Source: an uncultured delta proteobacterium
GTDB lineage: Bacteria; Desulfobacterota; WTBG01
Direction: 5' to 3'
DNA length: 64,000 nucleotides
NCBI GenBank assembly: GCA_963793865.1
Contig: CAWCBP010000001.1
Span: forward strand, 416,001-480,000
The notes under the pieces: generated by a model
The model's database searches: none
Told to the model about the DNA's origin: nothing
The model's input: the letters and a program-made list of their open reading frames with translations, nothing else
Shown: positions 20,436 through 28,939 of the stretch, piece by piece
How positions within the stretch are numbered: the first letter of the stretch is position 1
How the letters are laid out: each line of letters opens with the position of its first letter
Program-made: the position numbers and the translations under genes

Positions 20436-20978
20436 ATGGCGGTACATGAAATAACCGAGGAGCAGCGGGACAGAATCGTTGAAAGAATGATTAACGTGCT
20501 CGGCCTGGAACGGAAGCATCCGACGAAACAGGAGCTGGAGGAGGAGATTATCGACTACCTGGGCAAGAAGCACCCCTGCGCCCTGGGTACCTGCGGCAAG
20601 GACGGGATACCGCGCATCTCCATGGTCGACTACATGAACGATGGCCTTACCTTATACATTTTGAGCGAGGGGGGAGACAAGTTCAAAAACATCCGGGAGA
20701 ACAATCGGGTTGCCGTGGGCATCGGCACTTCAACGCACACCATGCGCTCGGTGAGGGGGGTCAACATGTGGGGGACGGCGGACATCTTCACCGATGACAC
20801 ACCGGAGTTCGCCACAGCCCTGCAGCTTTTTAAGCCCTTCCTTGATGATATCGCAAAGCTCACCGGGAAGCCGCCGCAGCTTCCTCCCGGCGTGATGAAG
20901 GTGATCCGCGTGACTCCCGCGAGGATGATCTACTTCCATTACAACAAGGGCATCGGGAACGAGCTGTGGGAGGCGTAG
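20436..20978 (+). CDS. Pyridoxamine 5'-phosphate oxidase-like split-barrel protein
   Basis: CALGTCGKDGIPRISMVDY...YILSEGGDKFKNIRENNRVAV...RGVNMWG; RBS GGAGG before ATG 20436. Confidence 0.8.
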   Translation: MAVHEITEEQRDRIVERMINVLGLERKHPTKQELEEEIIDYLGKKHPCALGTCGKDGIPRISMVDYMNDGLTLYILSEGGDKFKNIRENNRVAVGIGTSTHTMRSVRGVNMWGTADIFTDDTPEFATALQLFKPFLDDIAKLTGKPPQLPPGVMKVIRVTPARMIYFHYNKGIGNELWEA

Positions 20979-21048
20979 GGAGAGGGACGTTCAGGGAATA
21001 TGATTTCGAGATGATCTGCATGGACTTGTGGTTTATTTCAAGGAAAAG

Positions 21049-21128
21049 ATCAACATTGCACATCGCAACTTCCAACATCCAAGTCGAATGAAGAAAACAG
21101 TGTCTTTTTCGTTGGAATTTGACGTTAG
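21049..21128. repeat. Degenerate heptamer array plus inverse (1484 family)
   Basis: tcaacattgcacatcgcaacttccaacatccaa ... cgttggaatttgacgtt. Confidence 0.55.
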
Positions 21129-21214
21129 TTTCGGATTTGATTCTGGACGTGCAGATGCTTCTAATCTGTCGACTGCAAACTGAAAACTGTCAACTAAGCT
21201 AAAGGAGGCGACCC

Positions 21215-22003
21215 ATGACCGTCAACCGAAACGACGTTGTAACCTTTCTTACCGAGGTGAACAGCCGCTTTGAACAATTCTGCGCGCGGTTCAACCCGGG
21301 TGGCAGGGTTGATAAAAAGTCATGGGACACACCCATGGGCAGGCTGGACGCGGTGAGATCATCGGGGGTGGTTTTTGAAAAGGCGGCCTCAATTTTCTGC
21401 GATCTTACCATCGAGACCCCGCCGGTGCTCGCTGAAAAGATCGGCCAGAAAGGCAGCCGGGCCGAGGCGTTTGTGCTGGAGATCAATTGTTACCCGGTAA
21501 ATCCGCACATTCCCCGCGGCTACATGGAGCTGAGGGCCAATATAACCGACACCATAGTTTTCGCCGGGGGGACGGACATCTTTCCTTATTTCCCGGTGGA
21601 AGAGGACGCGGCCTTTTTTGCCGGGGGCATGAAGGAGCTTTGCCATGAGCATGGGCAGGATTACGAAAAACTGAGAAAAACCAGGGCTGATTTCTTTGTA
21701 TCAAAATTCAGAAATGAAAACGTGGGGAGCCACGCGGGGATATACGCCTTCCATCTCGAGGCGCGGGAGTTCCCCTTTTTTAAGGATATGGCGGAATATT
21801 TTTTCAGGCTCTATGGCATGCTGGTGGAGGCGGGCGGGAAAAGAAGCTTCACCGCCGAGGAGCAGCGGCGCATGCGGGAGATTCACGGGGTGTGGGTGGA
21901 ATGGGTTTTGCTCGAGGATGCGGGGACCAGGTACGGTCTGGAAAAAGGGATACCACCTGATGCCCTGCTCGGAACGATCCTCCCGCCTCAGGCGACCTTT
22001 TAA
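21215..22003 (+). CDS. Divergent coproporphyrinogen III oxidase (HemF)-fold protein
   Basis: GVVFEKA, PVNPHIP, FAGGTDIFPYF, ED..FF, VEW.L.ED.GT.YGL and ILPP align in order with HemF motifs, but the conserved His/Arg residues are replaced. Confidence 0.75.
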   Translation: MTVNRNDVVTFLTEVNSRFEQFCARFNPGGRVDKKSWDTPMGRLDAVRSSGVVFEKAASIFCDLTIETPPVLAEKIGQKGSRAEAFVLEINCYPVNPHIPRGYMELRANITDTIVFAGGTDIFPYFPVEEDAAFFAGGMKELCHEHGQDYEKLRKTRADFFVSKFRNENVGSHAGIYAFHLEAREFPFFKDMAEYFFRLYGMLVEAGGKRSFTAEEQRRMREIHGVWVEWVLLEDAGTRYGLEKGIPPDALLGTILPPQATF

Positions 22004-22020
22004 ATGGGGGAGGAGCGGCG

Positions 22021-23982
22021 ATGAAAAATGTGCGGCCTTTCAAATATTACGGCTGGCGGGGCAAAATACTGCAGGTTGACCTGACCGCTTCGAAGCTGTG
22101 GGTGGAGGATTTTCCGGAGGATCTGACCGGCGATTACACAGGGGGCGCGGGGGTAAACGCCCGGCTCTTTTACGACCTGGTGCGCGGCAATCCCGACCTG
22201 GATCCCCTGTCGCCCGACAACCCGCTCATCTTCGGGTGCGGACCGGTGGTGGGCACCTCCTTTCCCTGCGCCACGCGCTTCACCGTCACCGCCAAAAGCC
22301 CGCTCACCAGGCTGTTCGGTGATTCCAATGCCGGCGGCTATTTTGCGGTGCGGATGAAGAAGGCGGGATATGATCACATCGTTTTGCGCGGGAAGGCTGA
22401 GCGTCCCTCCGCGCTGCTGATCCAACAGGACGGGGAAGCCCGGCTTGTTGACGCATCGTCATGGTGGGGCCTTGATACCTACAGCGCTGATGAGCGGATC
22501 CTGGAGGCGTACGGTGACTGCGAAACCGCCCGCATCGGGCCCGCCGGAGAACATCTGGTGAGGTACGCCAATATTTTTTCCGGGACAAAGCGGGTGAGCG
22601 CCAATGGCCGGGCGGGCATGGGATGTGTCATGGGTTCGAAAAACCTGAAGGCCGTCATCGTGCAAGGCGACGGGACGGTTCCGGCAGCCCACCCGCGAAA
22701 GCTCAGCGCCCTGGCCAAGCGATATCAGGAGATATGGGGCAAGGGACCTTCAACCATGGTTCAGAAGGAGTTCGGGACCCTGATGCTCATTGCCCAGATC
22801 GGACTCGAGACCTCGACGCGCAATGACCAGGGACGGATTACCCCCGAGGGGCTTGACGCCTACGATCTGGAAAAATTCTTAAGCATCTACAAAAGCGGGA
22901 AATCGGCCTGCTACCGCTGTCCCGTCGGCTGCTCTCAAAAATGGAAAATACCCGAGGGACGGTTTCAGGGGGAGGAAGGCGATAAGATCGAGTTCGGCCA
23001 CTACGTAAGCCTGGGACCGCAGCTGGGCATCTTTGATTTTCCCTCCCTGCTGCACGTGGCCGACCTTTCCAACAAACTGGGCATGGACTGCACCCAGCTC
23101 GGCTGGAACCTTTCCATGGCCATGGAGTGCTTCCAACGGGGAATTATCGGCAGTGAGGAAACCGGCGGGGTGGATCTTACATGGGGTGATGTGAACGGGG
23201 TGTGTGATCTCATGCAGCAAATCGCCCGCCGGGAGGGATTCGGGCGGGTGCTGGCCGACAGCATCCCGGACATGATCGAGCAGTGGGGACCGGAATCGGA
23301 ACCCTACGGATTTCACACCAAGGGAATGACCTTTCCCTACAACCGCCATGCGGTGATGGCCATGAATCTTGCCTCGTCGGTGGCGGCGCGGGGGGCGGAC
23401 CACATGAAGGGCCACCCCTTCTCAGCCCTCACCGGCGCGCGGGACATGCTGGAGCGCATTTTCGGCAGGGACATTCCCGACGAGATGACGGACAGCAAAA
23501 GCCCGGTCGGGAAGGGCCGCGCGGTCTGGTGGCATGAGAATTACAAGATGGCCATGGATTCGCTGGGCCTGTGCTTTATCCCGATGGCGGGAACCACCAT
23601 TTATGGCGATCCCATGATCCTCTTCGAAGAGATGGGGGAAATCTACCAGGCGGTGACCGGCATGGATCCCGGAACGCTCTTTGAGTCAGCCGAGCGGGCG
23701 AACCAGGTTGAGCGCTGCTACAACACGCTGCTGGGCGTCAGCAGGAAGGATGACCGGAGAAAGGGCACGACCCGCGGCGAGGAGGATCCCATCGATCATC
23801 CCGGCATGCTCGATGAATATTATTTCTACCGGGGGTGCTCGAAGGAGGGCAGGCCCACCCGCAGCAGGCTGCGCGAGCTGGGCCTCGAGGATGTGATCGG
23901 GGACCTTGAGAAGCGCGGTTTTCTCGAGGAGCTTGATGCCCCGGCGATTACCGAGCTGGTGGCCCCGGCAGGTTCCGACTGA
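22021..23982 (+). CDS. Tungsten aldehyde:ferredoxin oxidoreductase family protein (AOR-1)
   Basis: GKILQVDLT, KSPLT..FGDSNAGG, IGPAGE, GRAGMGCVMGSKNLKAV, CYRCPVGC, RGADH, DSLGLC. Confidence 0.92.
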   Translation: MKNVRPFKYYGWRGKILQVDLTASKLWVEDFPEDLTGDYTGGAGVNARLFYDLVRGNPDLDPLSPDNPLIFGCGPVVGTSFPCATRFTVTAKSPLTRLFGDSNAGGYFAVRMKKAGYDHIVLRGKAERPSALLIQQDGEARLVDASSWWGLDTYSADERILEAYGDCETARIGPAGEHLVRYANIFSGTKRVSANGRAGMGCVMGSKNLKAVIVQGDGTVPAAHPRKLSALAKRYQEIWGKGPSTMVQKEFGTLMLIAQIGLETSTRNDQGRITPEGLDAYDLEKFLSIYKSGKSACYRCPVGCSQKWKIPEGRFQGEEGDKIEFGHYVSLGPQLGIFDFPSLLHVADLSNKLGMDCTQLGWNLSMAMECFQRGIIGSEETGGVDLTWGDVNGVCDLMQQIARREGFGRVLADSIPDMIEQWGPESEPYGFHTKGMTFPYNRHAVMAMNLASSVAARGADHMKGHPFSALTGARDMLERIFGRDIPDEMTDSKSPVGKGRAVWWHENYKMAMDSLGLCFIPMAGTTIYGDPMILFEEMGEIYQAVTGMDPGTLFESAERANQVERCYNTLLGVSRKDDRRKGTTRGEEDPIDHPGMLDEYYFYRGCSKEGRPTRSRLRELGLEDVIGDLEKRGFLEELDAPAITELVAPAGSD

Positions 23983-24006
23983 CAGGAGCGGCGGACCGCG
24001 CGCTCA

Positions 24007-24714
24007 TCAGAAGAGCAGCCCCAGGATTTTCCGGGCCTTCTCCTCGCCGAGCGCCTTGCGCAGCGGTCCCTCGCCGGGATCGTTTTCCATCATGATCCTG
24101 AGCATGTCCCGCTTTCTGCCGTTTAAGGCCTTCATGTAATCGGGATCCGCTTTTCCCGCCTCCGACCAAAACTTTATAAAGAGCTTCAAATAATCAACGG
24201 TGATATCCAGCGCCCTCGCTTCGATGTTTTCCACATCATACTTGATCTTTCCGTAGGCGTAAAAGGGAGAGAGCATTACCCGCTGCCAGAGGTAGCGCTC
24301 CGTCCCCATGCCCTCAATGTCCCTGTACTTTTTCCAGAGCTCTTCCATGGGCGCCATGTACTTATCGAGGTAGTCCATGTCACGGCCGCAGTCGGCGAGG
24401 GGGATGAGGTCCGTCCGCAGGCTTAAGTGATTGACCGCCTGGACAATCTCCGAGGTGAACAGGGGAAAGGGATACTCGTCGGCGGGAACAATGGTGGTGC
24501 CGTAGACGATGATTTTGCCGCCCATGATGTCCGCCTTGATGGTCACGATCTTGTCAAGCTTATCGGCTTCAAAACAGCGCATGGTATGCACCATCATGTC
24601 GGTTTCGATCTCGGCAAACCCGGTGATGTCATCACCGCGGTAGGATTGCATGGGCCGGGGATTGATCGGCTGCAAGGTTTCGATGATGCGCTCAAAGTAA
24701 GGAATGGCTTGCAT
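24007..24714 (-). CDS. Ferredoxin-dependent bilin reductase / red chlorophyll catabolite reductase-like protein (FDBR-1)
   Basis: P..EYPFPLFTSEIVQ...DLIPLAD....DYLDKY, RVMLSP, DYLKLF, ENDPGEGPLRKALGEEKA....LLF match the FDBR/RCCR motif order and ~240 aa length. Confidence 0.75.
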   Translation of the reverse strand: MQAIPYFERIIETLQPINPRPMQSYRGDDITGFAEIETDMMVHTMRCFEADKLDKIVTIKADIMGGKIIVYGTTIVPADEYPFPLFTSEIVQAVNHLSLRTDLIPLADCGRDMDYLDKYMAPMEELWKKYRDIEGMGTERYLWQRVMLSPFYAYGKIKYDVENIEARALDITVDYLKLFIKFWSEAGKADPDYMKALNGRKRDMLRIMMENDPGEGPLRKALGEEKARKILGLLF

Positions 24715-24767
24715 AAAGGGCTCCTTTGCGTTTTATAGCGCGTTATCTGCCGGGAGATCTGGGGTTC

Positions 24768-24918
24768 AAACGTCCAACATCGAACGTCCAACGTTCAACT
24801 TTCAATGAGAAAACACGTGCTCTTGGTTCGACGTTGGAAGTTGAATGTTCAACGTTCATCGTTTTGTTTTGTTCATTCGACGTTGGATGTTGGAAGTTGA
24901 ATGTTCAACGTTCATCGT
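24768..24918. repeat. Heptamer array with two inverse copies (1484 family)
   Basis: aacgtccaacatcgaacgtccaacgttcaac then twice ttcgacgttgga..ttgaatgttcaacgttcatcg. Confidence 0.8.
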
Positions 24919-24935
24919 TTCCGATAAAGGCCTGT

Positions 24936-26785
24936 CTATCCTTTGATAATAGTGTCCAACCCCAGCTCCTGCAGCTTCTCCCTCGAAGGCCGGCCTGTGC
25001 GGGGATCCCATCCCATTGTTCCGCAGTACTCGGAGACCATGGTTTTGGCGTCGATGGTAATTCCCTGCAGCGGTCCTGCCGCCAGCGGCGGATCACCGAT
25101 CATTCTACCGGGCATCTTCCAGTCCGCAAATGAGATGCCCTCCCGCAAATTGAAGGCCATCCGCATGTTGGCAATCCGCTCCCCGGCAGTGAGCAGATCA
25201 TCCAGGGTGCGGCTCTCGCCGGTCACGCACTCCATGAATTGCTGTATCATCGGCACCCCGTAGACCATGAGGGCAAAGTAGCAGATGCCGGTCGCGTTTA
25301 CCACATGGGTGAGGTTGCTCATGAAGCGATGCATGTCGCCCTTGCCGGTGAAGCGGTATTTTTCCACCTGGCCGAAGGGGACACCGGGAATCATGAATCC
25401 GCTCTCCGGGAAGGCCGAGCCTCCCTGCATGTGACGGGCGGGCGTCGCGTCGGCGGCATAGGCGGTGGCGTATCCCGGGGTGTTGCGAGGATCGTGCATG
25501 GGGAGTTCCTGTCCTCCCAGATGCATGGCATACCGCTCAGCCCCCTTGCCGATCTTCTCTGACGCCCTGCGCACGCCATCGGCGAGGAGCGCCCCGAAGC
25601 CTTCCCGTCGCGCTATCTTCTCGGTGAGGGCCACGATGGCCTGATGGTCCCCCCAGGTCAGCTCAATGCCGCCGGTGTCATCTTTGCCCACGATGCCGTT
25701 TTGGTAACATTCGATGGCAAAGGCGACCGAGGCCCCGGTGGAAATGGTGTCGAGACCGGCGCGGTTGCAGATATCATTAATTTTTATAATGGACTCAAGA
25801 TTGTCATTCAAACAAAGGGCGCCGAAAGCGCACAAGGTCTCGTATTCAGGCTTGTGGGTTTCACAGGCATAGGGGGACGAGTCGACGGTGACTTCTCCGC
25901 CGCAGGCGATGGGGCATCCGAAGCAGGCGTACTTCTTTTTCTGACGCGCAATCACGCTCCCGTCGCTGACAGCGGCCGCGTTGGGAAAATCCTCCCCGTC
26001 CCGCCCCAGTTTTTAACCGGCGATTCGCCGCTGGCCGCAAACATGGCGGTAACGCCGCAGGTGCCCAGGCCCGAGAAGAGTTGAAAGGTGGGGCTGTTCT
26101 TTCCGTCGGCAATGAGTTTCTGCCGCAGATTCCTGGCGGCTTCCTCCTGCGCGACCGGTATGGCGCCTGTTCCCTTTACCACCACCGCCTTCAGCCGCTT
26201 GGAGCCCATGAGCGCGCCCAGGCCGGATCGCGCCGCGGCGCGCCACTTGTCGTTGATGATACAGGAAATCAATGAGCATTTTTCTCCCGCGGGCCCGATG
26301 CCTGCAACGCGGATATCCAGCCCCAGCTCTTCTTTCATCCGGTCTTCCATCTGATTGGTGTCCAGGCCGGCATATGGCCTGGCATCCCGCAGCTCGGCCT
26401 TGCCGTCAGCGATAAAGAGATATGTCCAGGTGCCGGCCGCTCCTTCAAAAAAGACGCCGTCATATCCCGCCTTTTTCAACGCCGGTCCGAAGAATCCGCC
26501 GGAGTTGGCATCTCCCCAGGCCCCGGTGAGCGGCGATTTGCCCATCACCGTGTAGCGGGATGAGCTGATGGCCGGTGTCCCGGTCAGGGGGCCCGTCGCG
26601 AAACCCAGAATGTTTGCCGGGTCAAAAGGAGGCAGCTTCGGCTTTTGCCTCTCGTAAATGAGCCGTGCACCCAAACCATAGCCGCCAAGGAATCGGCGGT
26701 AGAGATCCGGATCCGGTTTCATGGTTTCGATTGCGCCTTTGGAAAGATCAACCCAAAGCAGCTTTCCGACAATACCACCTTTCAT
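24936..26785 (-). CDS. Tungsten aldehyde:ferredoxin oxidoreductase family protein (AOR-2); frameshift in a G-run near 25995
   Basis: N-half KSPLTGAWGDANSGG, IGPAGE, MGSKRLKAV; C-half CFGCPIACG, KPEYET, GLDTIS, HDPR; adding one G restores GGTGEDFPNAAAVSDGSVIARQ. Confidence 0.9.
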
Positions 26786-26871
26786 AGAGGACCTCCTGAT
26801 TGCGATGTGGGATCATTTCGCTCTCTTCTTGCTTGACTATATATTTTTAAGTGGTAAGTATCAAACAAAAA

Positions 26872-26950
26872 AATGTGCGATCTGCGATGTGAGGTGTGGG
26901 GTATGAGGTACAAGTGTCTGTGTCTTTATCCCGTATCACACATCGCATAC
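26872..26950. repeat. gatgtgc/gatctgc heptamer array plus inverse
   Basis: atgtgcgatctgcgatgtgaggtgtgggg ... atcccgtatcacacatcgcat; same family at 46618-46825. Confidence 0.65.
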
Positions 26951-27043
26951 CAGGCAGTGGATATCTCAGATTGCCCTGGTGTCGTGTTCCAGAAATAACC
27001 TATTATAAAAAATACCATAAACCGAACCACAGGGGACACAACC

Positions 27044-28495
27044 ATGATCTATGACGTTGTGATTGTCGGCGCGGGTTCCAATGGCTCTACGGCTGCATAC
27101 TTTCTGGCCAAGCGAGGATTCAAAACCCTGCTGATCGAGTCAGGAAGGACGCCGGGGGATAAATGCCACGGGGCGACCGAATATGCCCCGGGGGTGATCT
27201 TCCACAGTCGCAAAGAGCTGGTTGCCCTGATGCTCAGGGTGCTTAAGCAAATACCCCATCTGCATCCGGGGGACCTGGGGTCGGCCCACTCCTATTATTA
27301 TGTCAACGGCGAGAACAAGGTTGTCTTCAAATCCTGCGTGTTTGCCCCCGGCACAACCGGCAAGGAAGAGAGCTACGGGGTCAACAACCAGGATTTCGTG
27401 CGGGTGCTGACCGAAGAGGCGGTGAAGGCGGGCGCCGAACTCAAGAACGGTACCACGGTGGTTGATCTCATCCGCGAGGGAGACGGCATCGGCGGCGTGG
27501 TGACAGAAGGCGGTGAGAAGATACGGGCGCGCCTCACCTTCGCCGCGGACGGCAGGTTATCCTCGGTCGCCAAGATGGCGGACCTGCTCGACAAGTGGGA
27601 CCCCAACGTGTGCTGCTACCAGTATGGCGAAGCCTGGAAGTTCAGATCCGAAGAGGAGATGTTTGACTATGTGGAGCACGCGCGGCACATGTTTTTCGGG
27701 CCCACCCTCACTCCGCCGAAACCCTGGGGCGCCTGTACCATATCGCTGCGGCCGGGAGGCATTGCAACGGTAAATGCGCCCACCAGCTGGACGCCCTTAA
27801 GCTCCATGGTCAGCGCCGGGAAAAATTCCCGCAGCGTGTACATGCGCCGGCTGTACAGCATCATGGAGGTGCGCCGGATGCTGCGCCCGTGCGAGGGGTT
27901 CCCCGACCGGCCGATGCAGCGCCAGTCCACCTTTTTGCCGGGCCCGCCACTCAAGAAGCCATATAAGAAGGGGCTTATCATCTGCGGCGATGCCGGCGCC
28001 GTCGGCGGCATATGCGGGGCGGGTGAACGCGCCGCTCAGTATGTCATTCCCCTGCTGGAACGGAATGATCTCTCGGAGGAAGTCCTGGCGGGATTTGCCG
28101 CGGCGCGCTTCCCCTGGGGTGTGGATCGCGACCAGGGCAAGTCGGAGAAAAACCGGCCCACCAAGGAGCTTTCCGAAGTGAGCCCCACCCGCATCGTCCA
28201 TTGGAGCGCGGGCGCCGGCTATGTCGAGAAATTCAACTGCAGCATGGAGGAGATGGTGGAGAACATGCGGCTGGCCGCAGTGCCTCATGTCATGGGCACG
28301 CCGAGTCCGGAGAAGTGCGGCGAGTTCGGCTACGTGGAGATGGGGGCGTGGCTTATCGCGGTCAAGATAAACCACCTGCTTTCATTGTACGGCCCGATAC
28401 TGCAGGATCCGGCCATGTTCCCGCGAATCCTCAAGTGGGTTCAGAAAAACCAGGAGTCATTTAACCGGAACCGGGTGTTTGATCATCCGTTTTGA
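27044..28495 (+). CDS. FixC/geranylgeranyl-reductase-like FAD oxidoreductase
   Basis: YDVVIVGAGSNGSTAA Rossmann motif, E.G..PGDK, AADG, GLIICGDAG; followed by a ferredoxin as in fixCX. Confidence 0.8.
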   Translation: MIYDVVIVGAGSNGSTAAYFLAKRGFKTLLIESGRTPGDKCHGATEYAPGVIFHSRKELVALMLRVLKQIPHLHPGDLGSAHSYYYVNGENKVVFKSCVFAPGTTGKEESYGVNNQDFVRVLTEEAVKAGAELKNGTTVVDLIREGDGIGGVVTEGGEKIRARLTFAADGRLSSVAKMADLLDKWDPNVCCYQYGEAWKFRSEEEMFDYVEHARHMFFGPTLTPPKPWGACTISLRPGGIATVNAPTSWTPLSSMVSAGKNSRSVYMRRLYSIMEVRRMLRPCEGFPDRPMQRQSTFLPGPPLKKPYKKGLIICGDAGAVGGICGAGERAAQYVIPLLERNDLSEEVLAGFAAARFPWGVDRDQGKSEKNRPTKELSEVSPTRIVHWSAGAGYVEKFNCSMEEMVENMRLAAVPHVMGTPSPEKCGEFGYVEMGAWLIAVKINHLLSLYGPILQDPAMFPRILKWVQKNQESFNRNRVFDHPF

Positions 28496-28506
28496 GGAGG
28501 TTGTTT

Positions 28507-28750
28507 ATGAGCGAATGGATTTCCACGCCGGTCACCATTATTGAAATTGATGACGGAAAAATGCACGGGATGCGGCAGCTGCGTGATCATCTGCGGCGGC
28601 GAGGTGTTTGAGATGCGGGAGGGCAAGGCGGCCGTCGCCCGCAGGGAGGGGTGCCTGGAGTGCGGGAACTGCGAGGTGGTGTGCAGCGCCGATGCGCTGC
28701 GCGTCCGCGTACCCGCAGGCGGCACCGGCATCATTTACCAGTGCGGGTAG
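28507..28750 (+). CDS. 2x[4Fe-4S] ferredoxin (FixX-like); frameshift in an A-run near 28560
   Basis: RBS GAGGAGG before ATG 28507 (MSEWISTPVTIIEIDDG); removing one A joins it to KCTGCGSCVIIC...CLECGNCEVVC...GGTGIIYQCG. Confidence 0.85.
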
Positions 28751-28939
28751 TTGAGGGCAGAGCGTGATGCCGGATACATGATGCACGATCCAGGATGCAA
28801 GAAAATGCGGCCTCACTGACCCTGTACCCTTAACCCTGCCACCTGTTTTTTTAACCACGAAGCACACGAAGAAAGAGAAAAGCACGAAGGGCACGAAGAG
28901 AAATACTATCTCGAAAGAAATGCCGTGAAGGAGGAACAT

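Noticed and set aside
21215..22003. Naming the gene hemF
   Set aside because: Conserved His/Arg motif residues are replaced and the context is anaerobic; kept as a HemF-fold protein.
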